Source of the DNA: Batkoa obscura
Taxonomy: Eukaryota
Assembly: GCA_030770535.1 (NCBI GenBank)
Contig: JASVEC010000023.1
Coordinates: 682,001 to 746,000 of the forward strand
DNA: 64,000 bases
Direction: 5' to 3'
The position numbers were made by a program, and so were the translations under genes. Of this stretch, positions 27,447 to 41,700 are shown one piece after another. The stretch's first letter is position 1; each line of letters opens with the position of its first letter. The notes under the pieces were generated by a model that was not told the origin of the DNA, ran no database searches, and saw only the letters and a program-made list of their open reading frames with translations.

Positions 27447-27831
27447 CCATATTATATTTTGTAGATTAATTTTTTCGCTTATTATTTAGTAAAATTTCAC
27501 TTATATTTAAAATTTTATTATATTCAAAATTTCACATTTCAATGTTTTTTATTGCTAAATTACTGAAAGTAGGATATTGTTTTATTATGATGAACTGTAG
27601 CTTAAATCAAGCTATTAAAAATTAGCCTTAAAATTAAATTTTCATTTTATTAGCCAATAATTCTTTAAAAAAATGCCCTGAAACAAAAAAATGGCTTTAA
27701 ATTGCAACCACATTATCTTAGGCAATTTTAATTTTAAAATAAAATTCATCAATAAACCTCAAAATATAGATATTTCATATCAATAAAATATTAATTCTTA
27801 ATCAAGTTGTAAATTAATATCTAAATTAACA

Positions 27832-27865
<34 letters not shown>

Positions 27866-28883
27866 AATTCAGTCAATATAGTTCAATTAGGATCGGTTTT
27901 ATTTTTGAGATACTTGCTAATAAGACCCCAACTTAGCTTGGTACGCATTACATAGACTTCTTTCGTAAAGCTATTAATAGGAAAGGAGTTTATATACATA
28001 AAAAAAATATATGAGCACGCTAACACACCTGTAGAATGATGTTAGTTTTACTATTACTTATTTAAAAGGAAGATTGTCGGAAATTAATACTTTTGAATTT
28101 TTAAAATATAAATAGATTTAAAAAAACCCACATTCAATAAGGTGGAAGGGCAAGGAAATGAAATTGATTGGCTTATTAAAGAAATGGATTTAAGGGCGCT
28201 TTGAGAGTAGTACAGGTTTAAAATTAAGCGAAAATTTACCTTGTTTAGTATTTAGATCCATTCTACTCCACATCAAATGGTGCTTTTACCTACCTTAAAT
28301 CGGCTATACTTTTATTTTTCGGTATTTACATGATTTAATTTATGCAAAAAGATCGCACAACACCTTTTGCATATAGTAAACCTAAGTCAGTGTATTTTCT
28401 TTAGTTCATCATTATATTTTATATGTATTTTTTACTAAAATAGTGAATTGAATAATTATTAATGATAAAAATAACGTTGATTTTTCTTGTATTATTAATG
28501 CTATACTGGAGACTGAAAACTTATCTGATAAGTTTGGAGTTATAAATACGTGAAAAGAAATCCAGCGTTAAGTTTGTCATAAAAGGCATGCTGAAATTAG
28601 TAGTTTTTACAATATAAAAGTCACACATTATATAATGAAAATAATACTGAAGTTAATTTTGAAGATTATAGACTCGATCAAATCTTTTGGAATAAATTCT
28701 TAATATGCTTTGCTTTTTATTACAATTACATCAAAAAAATAGACTTGTTTGAAATAAACACTGCTTTATAATAATGACTTTGTAAAAATAAGATAAAAGT
28801 TTAGAAACAGCTTAATAAGATAAATAGAATAAGTTTATTAAAATTAAAAAAACATAGCATTACAAAGGAAATTGAACGTAATA

Positions 28884-28973
28884 TAGGGTGTTTTTTGATC
28901 ACTTTCCAATTTTTTAAACACTATTGAGTAAAAAAATTATTGCTGGAAACCTTAAACAAAAAGGATATTTATA
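28884..28973 (-). mobile_element. MITE copy (degenerate)
   Basis: Recognisable core (TTTTTTAAACACTATTGAGTAAAAAAATT...CTTAAACAAAAA); ends eroded. Confidence 0.65.
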
Positions 28974-29010
28974 TGCAAATTTTATTTAAAAATGCAAGTA
29001 GCATTAAAAT

Positions 29011-29110
29011 TGAGGATGTATTTTTGTGTTTAAAAATTTTACTAACAATTTTTCTGTTTAAATAGCGCTTAAAAAATGAAAAAATAATGGGGTCAAAAAA
29101 AACACTCCCA
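29011..29110 (+). mobile_element. MITE copy
   Basis: Matches consensus; AT/AT flanks. Confidence 0.88.
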
Positions 29111-29694
29111 ATTGATAGTCACAATGATTACACTATCCAAAATGTACTGTTATTTCAAAAGCTAACCACCATTTTAAACAGAGGATTAGTATAAACGAAG
29201 TTTCCAGCTATAACTAAAATTAGTGTAAGGTTGTTTTGACCAACTATATAGCTTTATTTTAGTAATGATTGGTTTGCATAAAAAACCAAATATTGATTTG
29301 TTGTTATATAGCTGCAGAAAACTATTAAGACCTGACCTTACCATCCCTAACCTTAACCTTTAACCCTCTATAACAAAAAAAGGATTTTATTTGCCAAATT
29401 AAAACAAATCAGAGTTATTGAATCTTGAATTTATTACTCTCTTATTGTTTGATTACAATAATTAGATTTAAATTTTTCCCTAATGTTAATAACGAAAGTT
29501 TTTAATTTATTTAAGTAATTATTCTAAAACCACATATCATAAAACTATAAAATTTATTTAAACTTAATAGCTTTAAATTAAACTACTAAGTAGCTTTTTT
29601 CGTCTTTTGTTTTTCAATTAAAATTAAAGTTAATTTAATTCTAAAGTTGGATTAATTTTTAGCTTCATGACAAAGATATTATTTTTTTAATAAA

Positions 29695-29792
29695 TGGGGG
29701 TGTTTTTTTTGGTCTTATTGCTTTTTCTATCTTTTAAGTGCTATTTAAGTGGAAAAATTGTTAGTAAATTCTTACATAAAAATACATCCCCA
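29695..29792 (-). mobile_element. MITE copy
   Basis: Matches consensus; AA/AA flanks. Confidence 0.88.
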
Positions 29793-29962
29793 AATGATAA
29801 CTAGTAATGGCTGTGAAAAGCTGTAAAAGGAAAGTTTTTCAACCAAAAACTCAGTATATGAGATACATTAAAAACTTTGGTTATTTTTAATCAAAACAAT
29901 TTAATAAGATTAAAGCATAAAATAGGATTAATTATAAATAATATAATATTTGTGTATAAACA

Positions 29963-30057
29963 TGCAAATATATTTTTCTAAGAATTCTATCAACAATTTT
30001 TCTGCTCAAATAGCGCTTAAAAGATGTAAAAAGTGATGAAATCAAAAAATATCGCTA
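29963..30057 (+). mobile_element. MITE copy (degenerate ends)
   Basis: Core CAACAATTTTTCTGCTCAAATAGCGCTTAAAAGATG matches consensus. Confidence 0.72.
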
Positions 30058-31482
30058 TATATTATAACTAAAAGTAATTTTATTAAAAACATCCATTATA
30101 AAAAATATTTGTTATATTTAAAAAACTATAATTAAAAATTAAGGTTACAATTTATATTACATAAATAAAACTCTAAAAAGATTCTAAAATTACTTTTGTC
30201 TGATATTGAAGTTACGTTTAGACTGATGTAAATTTTTTGAATATAAATTTTTTTATATTTTTATTTTAGAAATGAATTCAAAATATAAAACAACTTTATA
30301 GCTTTATATATATCTTGAAAGGCTTTCACCCTAAATGCTTTATTTATTACATAAAAGGATGCACAAAGAGCTGATACTCTAGTAATAGTGCAACGAAGAG
30401 ATTACTTTAAAAGGTGGAGGTTTTGTCCAGTATATTCCTGCCTTTGTGTGAGTCAAATAAACAATGGTGGCGCCATTTTAATTTAACTTTCTAAAGGCTT
30501 TTCCAACTATAGAAGATGGAGATCAGAGAGAAGGGATACGAGTGACTGTTATGAGAGAATTGGTAAGTAGTATAATTGCAAATAATATTATATAACTAAA
30601 TAAAAGTTATATATAAAAAAAGTGTATACAAAAAAGTAATAAAATAAAAATGAAGTGAAACTTTATATGCAAAAAATAATCATAAACTTTATGTATATTA
30701 AATTTAAAAGATTATCAGCATTTATAAACTCAATAAACTGTTTATAAAAATACAAAATTAGTAAACATTTAATAAAGAGTAAATATTTTGCTTTAACTAC
30801 AAATAATGGTTCAAATGCTCAGTTGTTTTATTCTTAATTTTATAATAAATGTTTGATTTTTAGAACAAAGCATTAGTATATATATATATGAATAAGTTTA
30901 AAAGCTTAGTTAAAATTAAAAGTAGAATTTTCTAATTCACTTTTTGTCCTTTTCCATGTAGCGTAAAATTAAAAAAAAACTAACAAAACTGGACAAAAAA
31001 ACGTTTCAACATAAGTTATTTTAAATAAACAAAAGCAGTATTTTGGTAGTACTTAGTGCCTAAGTTGTAATTTTGATCCATGACTAGCAATAAATAAGGG
31101 GTTTCCTACCTTAATCCCTTTAATTGCAATAATATCACTTTATTACTCATCTTTTATTCGTTTTTTCTATTTTTAAGAAGTCTTATCATATATTATATCA
31201 TATACTTATGTATTATGAAAGTCATATTACACTATTATAATGTTAAACTAACTACTATTTAATCTTTTATAAACTTACCTTCTTCAAATGATAAAATTCA
31301 TCTACCCCTTGAAGAACTATATAATTTGTACAAAATACTGTTATAAATTTGAAAAAAAAGTAATGTTAAAATTAAAATTTATTAAATAAATAGACTGTAT
31401 TGCAAAGAAAGGTAGATACAACTAAGATAAAAAAGTTATCAAGATATAATACAAGAGAGAAATGCATAAGTGCAAAAAAAGC

Positions 31483-32172
31483 TTAACTTAAAAAGCGGGT
31501 AATGTGGTGAAATTCTTCCGCTTTTCTCTTTCTTTTTTTGTCATGATGGGTATAGATATGAGTATTGAGATGATTCAAAGCACCATAGCTTTTATCGCAA
31601 CCAAGATAATCGCATCTAAAGACTCGATTAACTTCATGATGCTTTTTTCTTGGCCTTTTTTTATGTCCATCTGGACCTTGAAGGTAGTTATTATCGCTTA
31701 AGCTATCTGGCCCTCTATTATAAGGTGAATAAAAATTATCCATATAATTGGATCTAACTCCATGTTTATAAAGCACCGGATCGGTTCTTAAAAAGCTGGA
31801 TTCCCTAGGATAATTATGATAACTGCTATCATAGGGCTTTAAGTTGGTTTCCGACATTTTTCTAGCTCTTATATCATTATAATTAACAGGAGTTGGTACT
31901 ATGTGGGTATTATCGATGCGTGGGGATCTTAAAAGTTCTCTTAAGGAAGGAAGTCTGACACTTCGACAATGATGATTAAAGTCATTGAATCCATGGTTTG
32001 GTAAGCCTGAAACGGCTTTGGTTTCATTAGTATAATGATATGAAGGACTTGTTTCATAGTGGCTTGACATAGATTGTCGTGAATGGTGTTGGCGATACTC
32101 ATAGTTATTGTATCTATTTGGGGAAATAATGGGAGAATTAAAAGTCTGACGCTGAGTAGTATACGTATTCAT
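31483..32172 (-). CDS. Con7-type C2H2 transcription factor, paralog 3 (ZF3)
   Basis: KRPRKKHHEVNRVFRCDYLGCDKSYGALNHLNTHIYTHH...KRKAEEF; VRLPSLRELL motif. Confidence 0.92.
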   Translation of the reverse strand: MNTYTTQRQTFNSPIISPNRYNNYEYRQHHSRQSMSSHYETSPSYHYTNETKAVSGLPNHGFNDFNHHCRSVRLPSLRELLRSPRIDNTHIVPTPVNYNDIRARKMSETNLKPYDSSYHNYPRESSFLRTDPVLYKHGVRSNYMDNFYSPYNRGPDSLSDNNYLQGPDGHKKRPRKKHHEVNRVFRCDYLGCDKSYGALNHLNTHIYTHHDKKRKRKAEEFHHITRFLS

Positions 32173-35100
32173 TTTTTAGCTCAGTTTATTTAAAGAGCGA
32201 TAAATTAAAAAAAATCAAAAATTAAAAATCAAAAATTGAGAATAAAAAAATCAAAAATTCCACTTGTGTTACCTTATATACTTTTTTGAAAGGGAAATAA
32301 CTTCAAAATAATAAATTGAAATTTTATTAAATAAGCTGAGATTCTTTGATCATTTAAGCAATAAATTACCTATTATCTATATTATGTTAATGTAAATGAA
32401 CCTACTGATGACTTATAATCAAGTGGATGAGCGTATATTTCACTCCCTAGGCTAATGATATATAAAAATATCCTTAAAAAGGGACAAATAAGAGCAATAG
32501 CGCTCGGATATCTTTATATGTTAAGCTATAGAAATTACTATTTTAAGGGTTCGCAAATACAAATCATTATCCGAAAACTTGTTTTATATAACTTATAATT
32601 AATGAGTGAATCACAAGGACCAATCTTTGTTAATAACATATCAGCTGAAATGGAATTTGCCAAATCATTAGTCAGCTATTAAAGTTTTTAATAAATTTGT
32701 TACCCTTTTGATTTAATTCACTTCAAATGACATGGTTTAATAGCAAATTATTCAAAAAAAGAGAATACTTTTATACGCATTTTTCGTAGGGTTTTTCCAA
32801 ATTCAATAGTATGATTTGGGCGGGATCTGCTATTTCATATTAAGTTTGTTATTATTTAAGAGCTTTCTTATCTATAGATTACTGATATCAGATGATCCCT
32901 TATCTAAATCTCAACAGTTATAAAAATAGACGACTATTATTATAGAGTCAATGCTATGAGTAGTAGTTTTGTGATTAAAATAGAATTATAACGCATATAT
33001 GATAGGGTTTAGAATTTAGAAAACACAAAGTCAAAAGATACTTTGAATTCCAATTACACAATATATTCAATATTTTAGAATATTCTTTACTAAATAACTT
33101 AATCCACTTATTTTTTTAGGAATAAGTGTTATGGGAATTAATCTAGATATTTTAGATTAAATTTTTAATAAACCTTGAATATTAATTGGAGCAACAAATG
33201 CTAAGATTTGATTAAATCCGAAAATCCTATTCTTTTACCCACATTTGTCAGTAAATTCAAAGATTGCTTATTATAAATTAAGGTAACTATGGAGATAGAA
33301 TCAAGTGATACATCGCTGCTATTTTGAACTTCTTTCCTTATCTATAGTTTAGCACAAAATTTTTAAAAAAAACTTACCAAATTTTGGTTAATACATGCTT
33401 ATTTTCTATATAATACATGTATTCAATTAAACTTATTTATACAATATACTATGGTCAAAATTACGGTTGATAAATTTCATCCAAAATGTGATAATGAAAT
33501 GTGTGTGGAGTAAAAATTGAGACTTAACTCAAGATTATAAGCAATATCATATTTAATAAGGTTTCTTTTTAATGACTAAACAAGATGACTCAGAGAATCT
33601 CGATCTTCAAATAAATGCCTTCTCGCTTAAAATAACCTTATATTTTGAAGCTTAGTGAAGATCCAATTAATTAAGGCTTTTATTTTGACTCTTTCCCAAT
33701 TTTTTAAGCTTAAAACTTACTGACATCACTATAGAATAATATTTTCACGCACTAATAGATTTATGCTAAGGTATCTTTATTTCCATTCTTCCTATGCTAT
33801 TTATAGCAGTGTTGTTATAATATAAATAACTCCTTATCAAACTTTGAGATTTTTATAGCCTTTATTTTCCATTGTAATGTCGGGTGACTTTAGTTATTAC
33901 TAATCCAACTAATAAGTTATTATAGCGTTTTGACTTGATTAGTTTACTATTCAAATAGGTAAAACTAAGGTGAAATAATACACTTGGAATTCTAAACTAA
34001 AATAATTAAACTAGAAGGTAATAAAACAAAAGCAGTTATTACTATTTTACTACTCCAAAACCAACTTTATTTGCCCTTTTTATAAGTAAAACGTACAACT
34101 TTAGTTTTGTTTCTTAAATAATATCAAAATAGAACAGTGAGATAAATAACTTCTCACTTTTTATTGGATAATCTGACTATAACTTATAGTTTTTGATGGG
34201 TAACCCTTTTTTTAGAATAAGTAATGTTGATAGATTGTTATTCTATTCAACCATAAAATATGGTGATAAAAGGATTCTATTCTATTTACGTTAACAAAAT
34301 GTTACGGATCACTTACAGAGAATGGAAATTAACATAGAATTAAACAAATACAAAAATTTTGTAGTAAAATTTGATAGTATATTTATAATCAGCTAGTATT
34401 GAAATGCGATTATTATGATTTTGTACTTAGACTTTTTTAAATACCGCCAAAGATAAGCTAGAAAAATTATTAACAATATTCTCGTAGAAAATCCCAATTT
34501 GGTAAATAAAGAAGAGTTATTTATAAATCAAAAAGATTGATCACATCAAAGGTTTTGCTCACAAGATGACGAATAAGGGGAACTATTATTTGATCTTCAC
34601 TTTTTAATTTTGCAGCAAAACACCATATTTTCGTATTTAGGAATTTACATTTCAATATAAATTCAGTTTTATTCTTCAAACTACATTAATAGTTCATATT
34701 ACTCTAATATTATGTTAATATATTATGCTATACTGAAGATTAGAAACAAATTATAGTATGTATAATCTCAATACATATAAGCATGACTTTTTATATTTCT
34801 TATATTATTTAATTAAGTTATTTTATAGAGTAAAATAAAGCTATCTGTTAGAAAATGGTTTAATACATTAAAATTACCAATTGTGATTTCCAAAAAAGCA
34901 TATTGCAGTTTCTCTGACTAAAAAAACCGGATAATGACAGCTTATTCTTGGGCGATAATGTTATAAAAGTCCGTAGTTTAATTTAGGATCCTTAAAGGAG
35001 AGCTTATGTACTTTAATCCTTAAACCCTTTAATTTGAAATTTATTAACTAAAGCTTGACTATTAAACTTTCATGAAGCTAAAATATTTTAAAAATATTTT

Positions 35101-36373
35101 TATACTCTTTTCTAATATTAATAATTTATACTATACTCTAATCTATTAATTCATAATGAATATACCCAACCAAATTTTTATATTTAATGTAGAATTATAG
35201 CGTCATAACTAGAGCTTTTATGGCAAATGTATTTTATTCTTTAAGCTCAAACATTGCTTTATAAAAATTATCTTAAATTAAATTAAAATTTATACATTCT
35301 AGCACTCATTTTCTAATTCAAAATAATATATAAGACAAGAGTATAACAAAACTGATGTTTGTTTTTGAAATTATACACCTAACTATTTATTTAGACTCAA
35401 AAGGTCTATTAAAAACAACAACCTCAATTAAAATTTCAAACTAATAGATTAATACTATTACGGTTTTCGATCAACTTTTTTATTTTTTATTTGATCCTTA
35501 TTGAAAAATAAAGCAAGTTTTGGACCTCTGTTTGAAATTTGTACCTGTTCTCTTGAACAATCATTGAATTTTGGAGATGTTGAATCAATACAAAGAACTA
35601 ATATATAATAAAACTTTGAAACAATTATAATATCTCCAATACTATTTACTTTAGTATGCTATTATAAAAATACAAAACCTATTGTATTTCATTTTTCATT
35701 ATAATGTATATATATTTGTTTATTGCTTTTAAGTTTTTATAATTTTTTGTTAAAGGTTATATCTCCCGCATGAAACAGACAAACTCGATCGTAGCGAGTA
35801 TTCTGTGATTAAGGAAGATTTATGCCCTCTTACCTAAAGAAACAATATTTGCTGTCTTCATTATTATTTATATAAAAATATTTATAAAGACCTTTAGGGA
35901 TGGTAGCAAAGTTTTACTAATAGTAATGCAAAATTTGTGAGTAAAGTTTGTTATTTTGAACTTGTGGGTTGGTTATTTGTCTTAGTAATTTTTTGTTCTT
36001 TTAATGATTAGACAATTTTGTGGGTTAGTTGGTTTTGTATTTCTCTCTCATGCCTTATTTACCACTATTAGGGTGGGTGGACTAAGTTAATGCTTTAAAT
36101 TTTAAATTTTAAATTTTTATCAACCCTACCTGTTTAAATAGTTAGAAATGGGCATTTTTATATTCCAAGTAAAAAAATTGAAGTTAGTTTAATTTTATTT
36201 GCTAATAAAACAACCGTTTTAAGGTTGGTGATAAAACTATATAAATTAAGAATAGTAGTAATGAAACAAAGTGAATAATCAATAAAAAATAAATAGTTTT
36301 ATTTTTAATATACAAAGGAGAATACCAATTTATTATGGTAGTTAATTTATAGATAAATTTGAAGTAGAGAAAG

Positions 36374-36808
36374 TTAAAATTGAAAACATTTAGATTTGAA
36401 TTCTTTAGCTCTTCGAAGCTCTCCATGATTTTGATTTTTAATATGATAATTTAAATGATTTAAGGCTCCATACGATTTATTGCAGTTTGGATAACTACAC
36501 TTAAACTTTCGGTTAATTTCGTACGATTTCCTTCTTTTGCGATGACTATAAACCAATTTTATGGACTGATTATTATAAATTATCCTTCCTGCAGTAGATT
36601 GCTCATCGTTAATAGATTTTAATACTACTGAAATAGATGGTAAACGTATATTCGTAGAATGATAATGTGGAATGTACTCTAAAGGAGGCAGTTTAAATGA
36701 AGGATCATTATGATTTAAGTTATAAAAGTTCAAATCTAAGGAGAAGGATCTTTGGTCCATAATATAACCTAAGCTATTGTTCCTAGTGCTACTACTACTT
36801 TTTGACAT
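36374..36808 (-). CDS. Con7-type C2H2 transcription factor, paralog 4 (ZF4), ATG at 36808
   Basis: RKRRKSYEINRKFKCSYPNCNKSYGALNHLNYHIKNQNHGELRRAKEFK; KLPPLE and LPSISVVL motifs. First ATG used instead of the ORF-track non-ATG start. Confidence 0.9.
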   Translation of the reverse strand: MSKSSSSTRNNSLGYIMDQRSFSLDLNFYNLNHNDPSFKLPPLEYIPHYHSTNIRLPSISVVLKSINDEQSTAGRIIYNNQSIKLVYSHRKRRKSYEINRKFKCSYPNCNKSYGALNHLNYHIKNQNHGELRRAKEFKSKCFQF

Positions 36809-38658
36809 CTTGATTGACAGAATCAATAACAGTAATCTAAAAGATAAATGTTATGGTATTCAAATCATTTATATACTTTTAGAGATTAATGCATAGCTTA
36901 AATTAAATTGAATTTATAGTATATACCGATTTTTTTAAGTAGGCGCTCCTTATACTTGTTTCACTGTAGTAAGGGTGTCTATTTTATAAATATAAATAAA
37001 TATTGAGAAGTACCTATTAAAACAGTAAATTTGCTTTCATCTTATTCACGAACCACTCTTTTTAATTGCTTAGTTGCTATACTATTATTTTATCTATTTT
37101 AAAAATTTAATAAAAATATACTTTATTTTAATCATTATAAATTTTATTTTAGTCACTTCAATTTAAGCTAGAAATATTTTGACTTTGAAGAAATGTTAAA
37201 ATCTACTAAATATAAATTTAGTATTGTAAATATAATAGTATTGTATTTCAAGTATATTAAAACCTAAGACAGATCTTTGTAAATAATTCAAAGGTCTAAC
37301 AATTAAAACTAAGATTAAGCTTATAGTCAAGTTACTATTATTTAAATTAAATTATTTAATACTAAAGTTGAACTAGACTTATTAAAATAGGCTTGAGCCA
37401 ATGGCGAGTTAACTATATAGTATAAAAAGAATAGCATTTTTATGCAAAATTATTTTAGATTGGAGTTATGATAACTTAAATCATGGAAGTAAAATGATTG
37501 GGAGTACCTTCTAACTACTTTTATAAAAGCTATTTAGCTTATTTATGCTAAAATTGATTCATAAAACGTAGATAAAGGTAAGCATTTTGTACTAGTTTAA
37601 TAGCTTAAATTTTATAAAGTGAAAGCTATTTAAAGCACTCAAAATCAATTGAAACGAAATTAACTTGAAATTTATATCTAAAACTTCATACTATTATTCT
37701 ATTATTATTAAACTACTTTTATTTATTTTAATGCAAATGATTCCTTAATCCGATGGTAGCAGATTAGTACTGTTTTTTATAAATTGCATTAATAAAAAAT
37801 AAAGGATAAAGTTATAAATTAAGCTAATAAAGAAAGGTTTATTTTTAAATTAAACTAGATTTTACATTAAATATAGCCTCAAAATTAAAGATTTGCCGAG
37901 ATAATCATTAAAGTATAATATTGTATACCTATATACTACCGATCAAACTATTAGAACAGTAGGAATGCATGATATTTAACTTTCAGGCCAATATAACGGA
38001 GTAGGGTTTCTATTTGAGTTGATTTATTTGCTAAGGGGCTTTGTCATCTTACTATAGTTTTGCTTTTTTTAATATTAATAGGGTTGATTGTTAAGGTTTT
38101 TAGGCTAAACTGTATTAAAGCCGAACTTAATTAAATTCTTTGTTAAATTATACTTAATGCCAGCACCTTTCCTGCAAGCCTTTGGTTGTTACAGCAATAT
38201 TTATAGTTTTACGATATTGTGACAATTATGTTATAACATTTGTCTGTATTTCAAACTATGAAAATTAAATAAAGATTAATAGTTAAGTATATTTAATAGC
38301 AACATACACTATTAAATAAACAATAGCTAAATAAATAGAACTATAATAAGAGCTACAAATGCTAGTTATAAAATTTCTGACTAATAAATAACTAAAAATT
38401 AGACTAGCATAAAATCTCATTTAAACAAATTATGTTTTGTTACCTTTTAAAGTATGTTTTATTGCCTTTTAAAGTATGTTTGAGCTGAAATGGACTGGCT
38501 TGAAAAAAGTTATACACTAAATTTTATGTTTCTATAAAATAACGTTTACATTTTTTGTATATCGATATAATCATATCATTGGATGAAATATAATCAAGCT
38601 AACTTTTAAAGTCACTGGGATATGTATTTAAGTTTTAGAGTTAATACTAAATATCCTA

Positions 38659-38754
38659 TGGGGTGCTTTTTTGGTTCCATCACTTTCCGCTTTTTAAATA
38701 CTATTTAAGTAGAAAAATTGCTAGTAAAATTCTTAAACAAAAAATACATCCTCA
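38659..38754 (-). mobile_element. MITE copy
   Basis: Matches consensus; TA/TA flanks. Confidence 0.85.
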
Positions 38755-41700
38755 TATTTTAAATATTTGGTTCCTATTTTGACCACTAGTAATTAGAATT
38801 TTTTTTCTCATTCTATCTAATTTTCAAGTATTATGATGTATAAGATGTTAAAATTTTGAGGTAGTTTTTGGTTAAGCTTAATTGAGCCTGCAAAATTTAA
38901 AAATATTAGTAAAAATAGAATCGAGAACTTTCAATTGTAGCAACTAATGACTATATTTGATTTCCCTGTCCAACTCTGTTTTTCACATTATAAATAGTTT
39001 CATAATAGTATTTTATTGACCTTAAGTTTAAGAATTTTATTATAAGACTATGATGATAGTTCAGCTATTTTTGTATAAAAGCCGATATTGACTAATCATA
39101 GCTAGACTTTTATAATAATTAAAAGTAATAACAAATTATTTTAATACTATATAAACTCAAGTATTAGAAAAGAATTTAAAGAATACGCTTCTATTATTGA
39201 ATTTTATTTTTTAATAGGTATAAAGTTCAAAACCCCATTTTTACATTATTTTATCTCAAATTATTAATTATAATTATAAATTGTTATTAAATTGGCTTCT
39301 ATAGAAATTTATGTCATGTTTTTTATATACCTTACAGCCATCAAAGTTTTTTTCTTTAAATAAAATGAGTAATTTTTGATATACACTTTTAGCATATTAA
39401 ACGTATGATCATAATAAATAGTTAGTTTTTAGTACAATTGTAAAAGTTAAAAGTCAACTAAAACAATACACACATTTATAGACAAAAGTTCTACGTAACT
39501 ATTTTTAGACAATTTCTTTCATAAAAGATAAGAAAATGCTTTACTAGGAATTTATTCTTTATTTTTATACAAGAATAAACACCACTAGCTACTTTTGACA
39601 CTTAATTCTTTAAAGAGGGTTTAATCATGACATTGTAAATCCTATTTTTTAAATAATATCGTACCAGACGATCTAGTTTAAATGGACCATAATATATTTT
39701 AAATGGTTAGTTTTATTATTTTACAATAAACGGTTTAATAATATTATTCAAGCTAAATAACAGGTAATTTTAAAACAAATCAACTTTTAAACGATTAAAA
39801 AATTATTCAAATATGGTCATTCAATCTATCTATAACAAAAAGAAACTAAATAGCCTTATAGAGTTATTAAGCTCTAATAGTTTTTTAAAAGAAAAGTTAC
39901 TTGTATAATAAGCTTAATAAATAATAAAATAACTTCAATAAGAGGTTAAATAAAAGCACACATTATATATATTTAATGAAATAATAACTCCAACTTATTC
40001 TTAAAAATTATTAAAAAACCTCTAAAGTTTAAGCAGAATTAGATTATAAAGATTTGATTTTTTAAATCTTCGGATTTTATTTACAACACAACTTAGATTG
40101 CTAACTGTTACACAGAATATAGTTAATCCTAAAAATAAATTTTAAATTTCAAACCAGGGATCAACTTTTGAATACACTTCTATATATATTAAGTATAACA
40201 AAAACTGTACATTTTATTATTTTAATTCATACAATATGTATAGTCAATAAAGCTAGCCCATAAATTAAAATTCTAAATTAAATGTTATAATTTTAAATTT
40301 ATTATGGTCCCTTAAGATTTTAATTGAAAAACTTTAGCTTAATAATTGATAGTAAATGATTTAACATTATCTATTAAAACAATATTGTTATTTGTTGTAA
40401 TACAAGTTGAATTTGAAGAGTGGTTTAATTATTTAATATACATCCTAATATATACAAGGTTGTACTAAAAATTACGACTCATAATAAATGATATGGCTAG
40501 ATTGTCCGTAAATAACAAGGAAGAGAAGCTATGAGCAAGTTACCCATTTTCCCTCCTCATTAAATTTTTATTAATCTTATTTGCTAATAAACGACTTGGG
40601 GGCTTAGTCCTTCCAAGTATTTTTGAGGTGATGCTGAATAGATGGTAAAATGATTTCATAACTTAATGGTTAGTTTAGTTTTTAAATAAAGAGGCCACTA
40701 TACTTTTAATGTACTTTATGCTTGTTCTGTAGCAATTCTCCAAGCTACTTTATTGATAAGAGGCTATTCATTAGCGATGCTTGTATTTTTAAATTAAATG
40801 AAAAATTAATAAGATGAATAGAGTTAATAAAGTATAAGTGTACTAAAATTATAACGCTTTAAACAAGTTAAGCTACTATTCTTTATTCTACAAAAGTTAG
40901 CATCATGTTTCTATGCTATAAAGCTATAGACCTAACTGTGATATGCTAACAATATAAACTGATTTGGAAATCTAAGGTATATAAAAGTTAGTCAATATTT
41001 AAAGCCCTCAACAATTATTTTTAAAGGGCTTGAATATATTTTATATTGTTAAATATAATTTATTTATTTATTTATGTTAAGTACTCATTTTATTAATGAA
41101 TAAATCTCTTTTTTCCGTCATTAAAACCATAAATCTCTTTTTTCTACAAATATGTACTAGACTTTTATAATAACTAATTAGCGAAAAAACAAATTTCTAA
41201 ATTCAGTGTGAAAAGTGAGAAAAAACCTATTAAATTTTAAGTAATAAAGATATATTTATTTTAAAAGCTACATCCATACATATATAAATGCATTTTAAGT
41301 AAATTTCGTAATCAACAAAATACGCTATTATCAGTAGTCATCAACTTTAATGTAATGTAAGAACTAATAAAGCAATACTAAAAGGGTGTTGCTAGGAGCA
41401 AATTAAAGTGATGTTTAAATTTAATTAGCTAAAAGTTCAGGATGGTCCAAAAAGCATCTATGTCATCCTATAATAGAAAATCCTAATGAAAAAATTCCAA
41501 CTGGATACTAAAGTAAATTTATATTTAAGCTAAATGTAAAATTCTTTGTAATTTATTATATTATCACAACATAAGACAAATCAATAGTATATACCACTTT
41601 AAAGCAGCTTTCTACTTTGTATTATAGTATTTGTGCATAATAAACTAATATTTGTTAAATGAAACGATACTTTCAAAAAGATCTATTTTCTTGATCTATG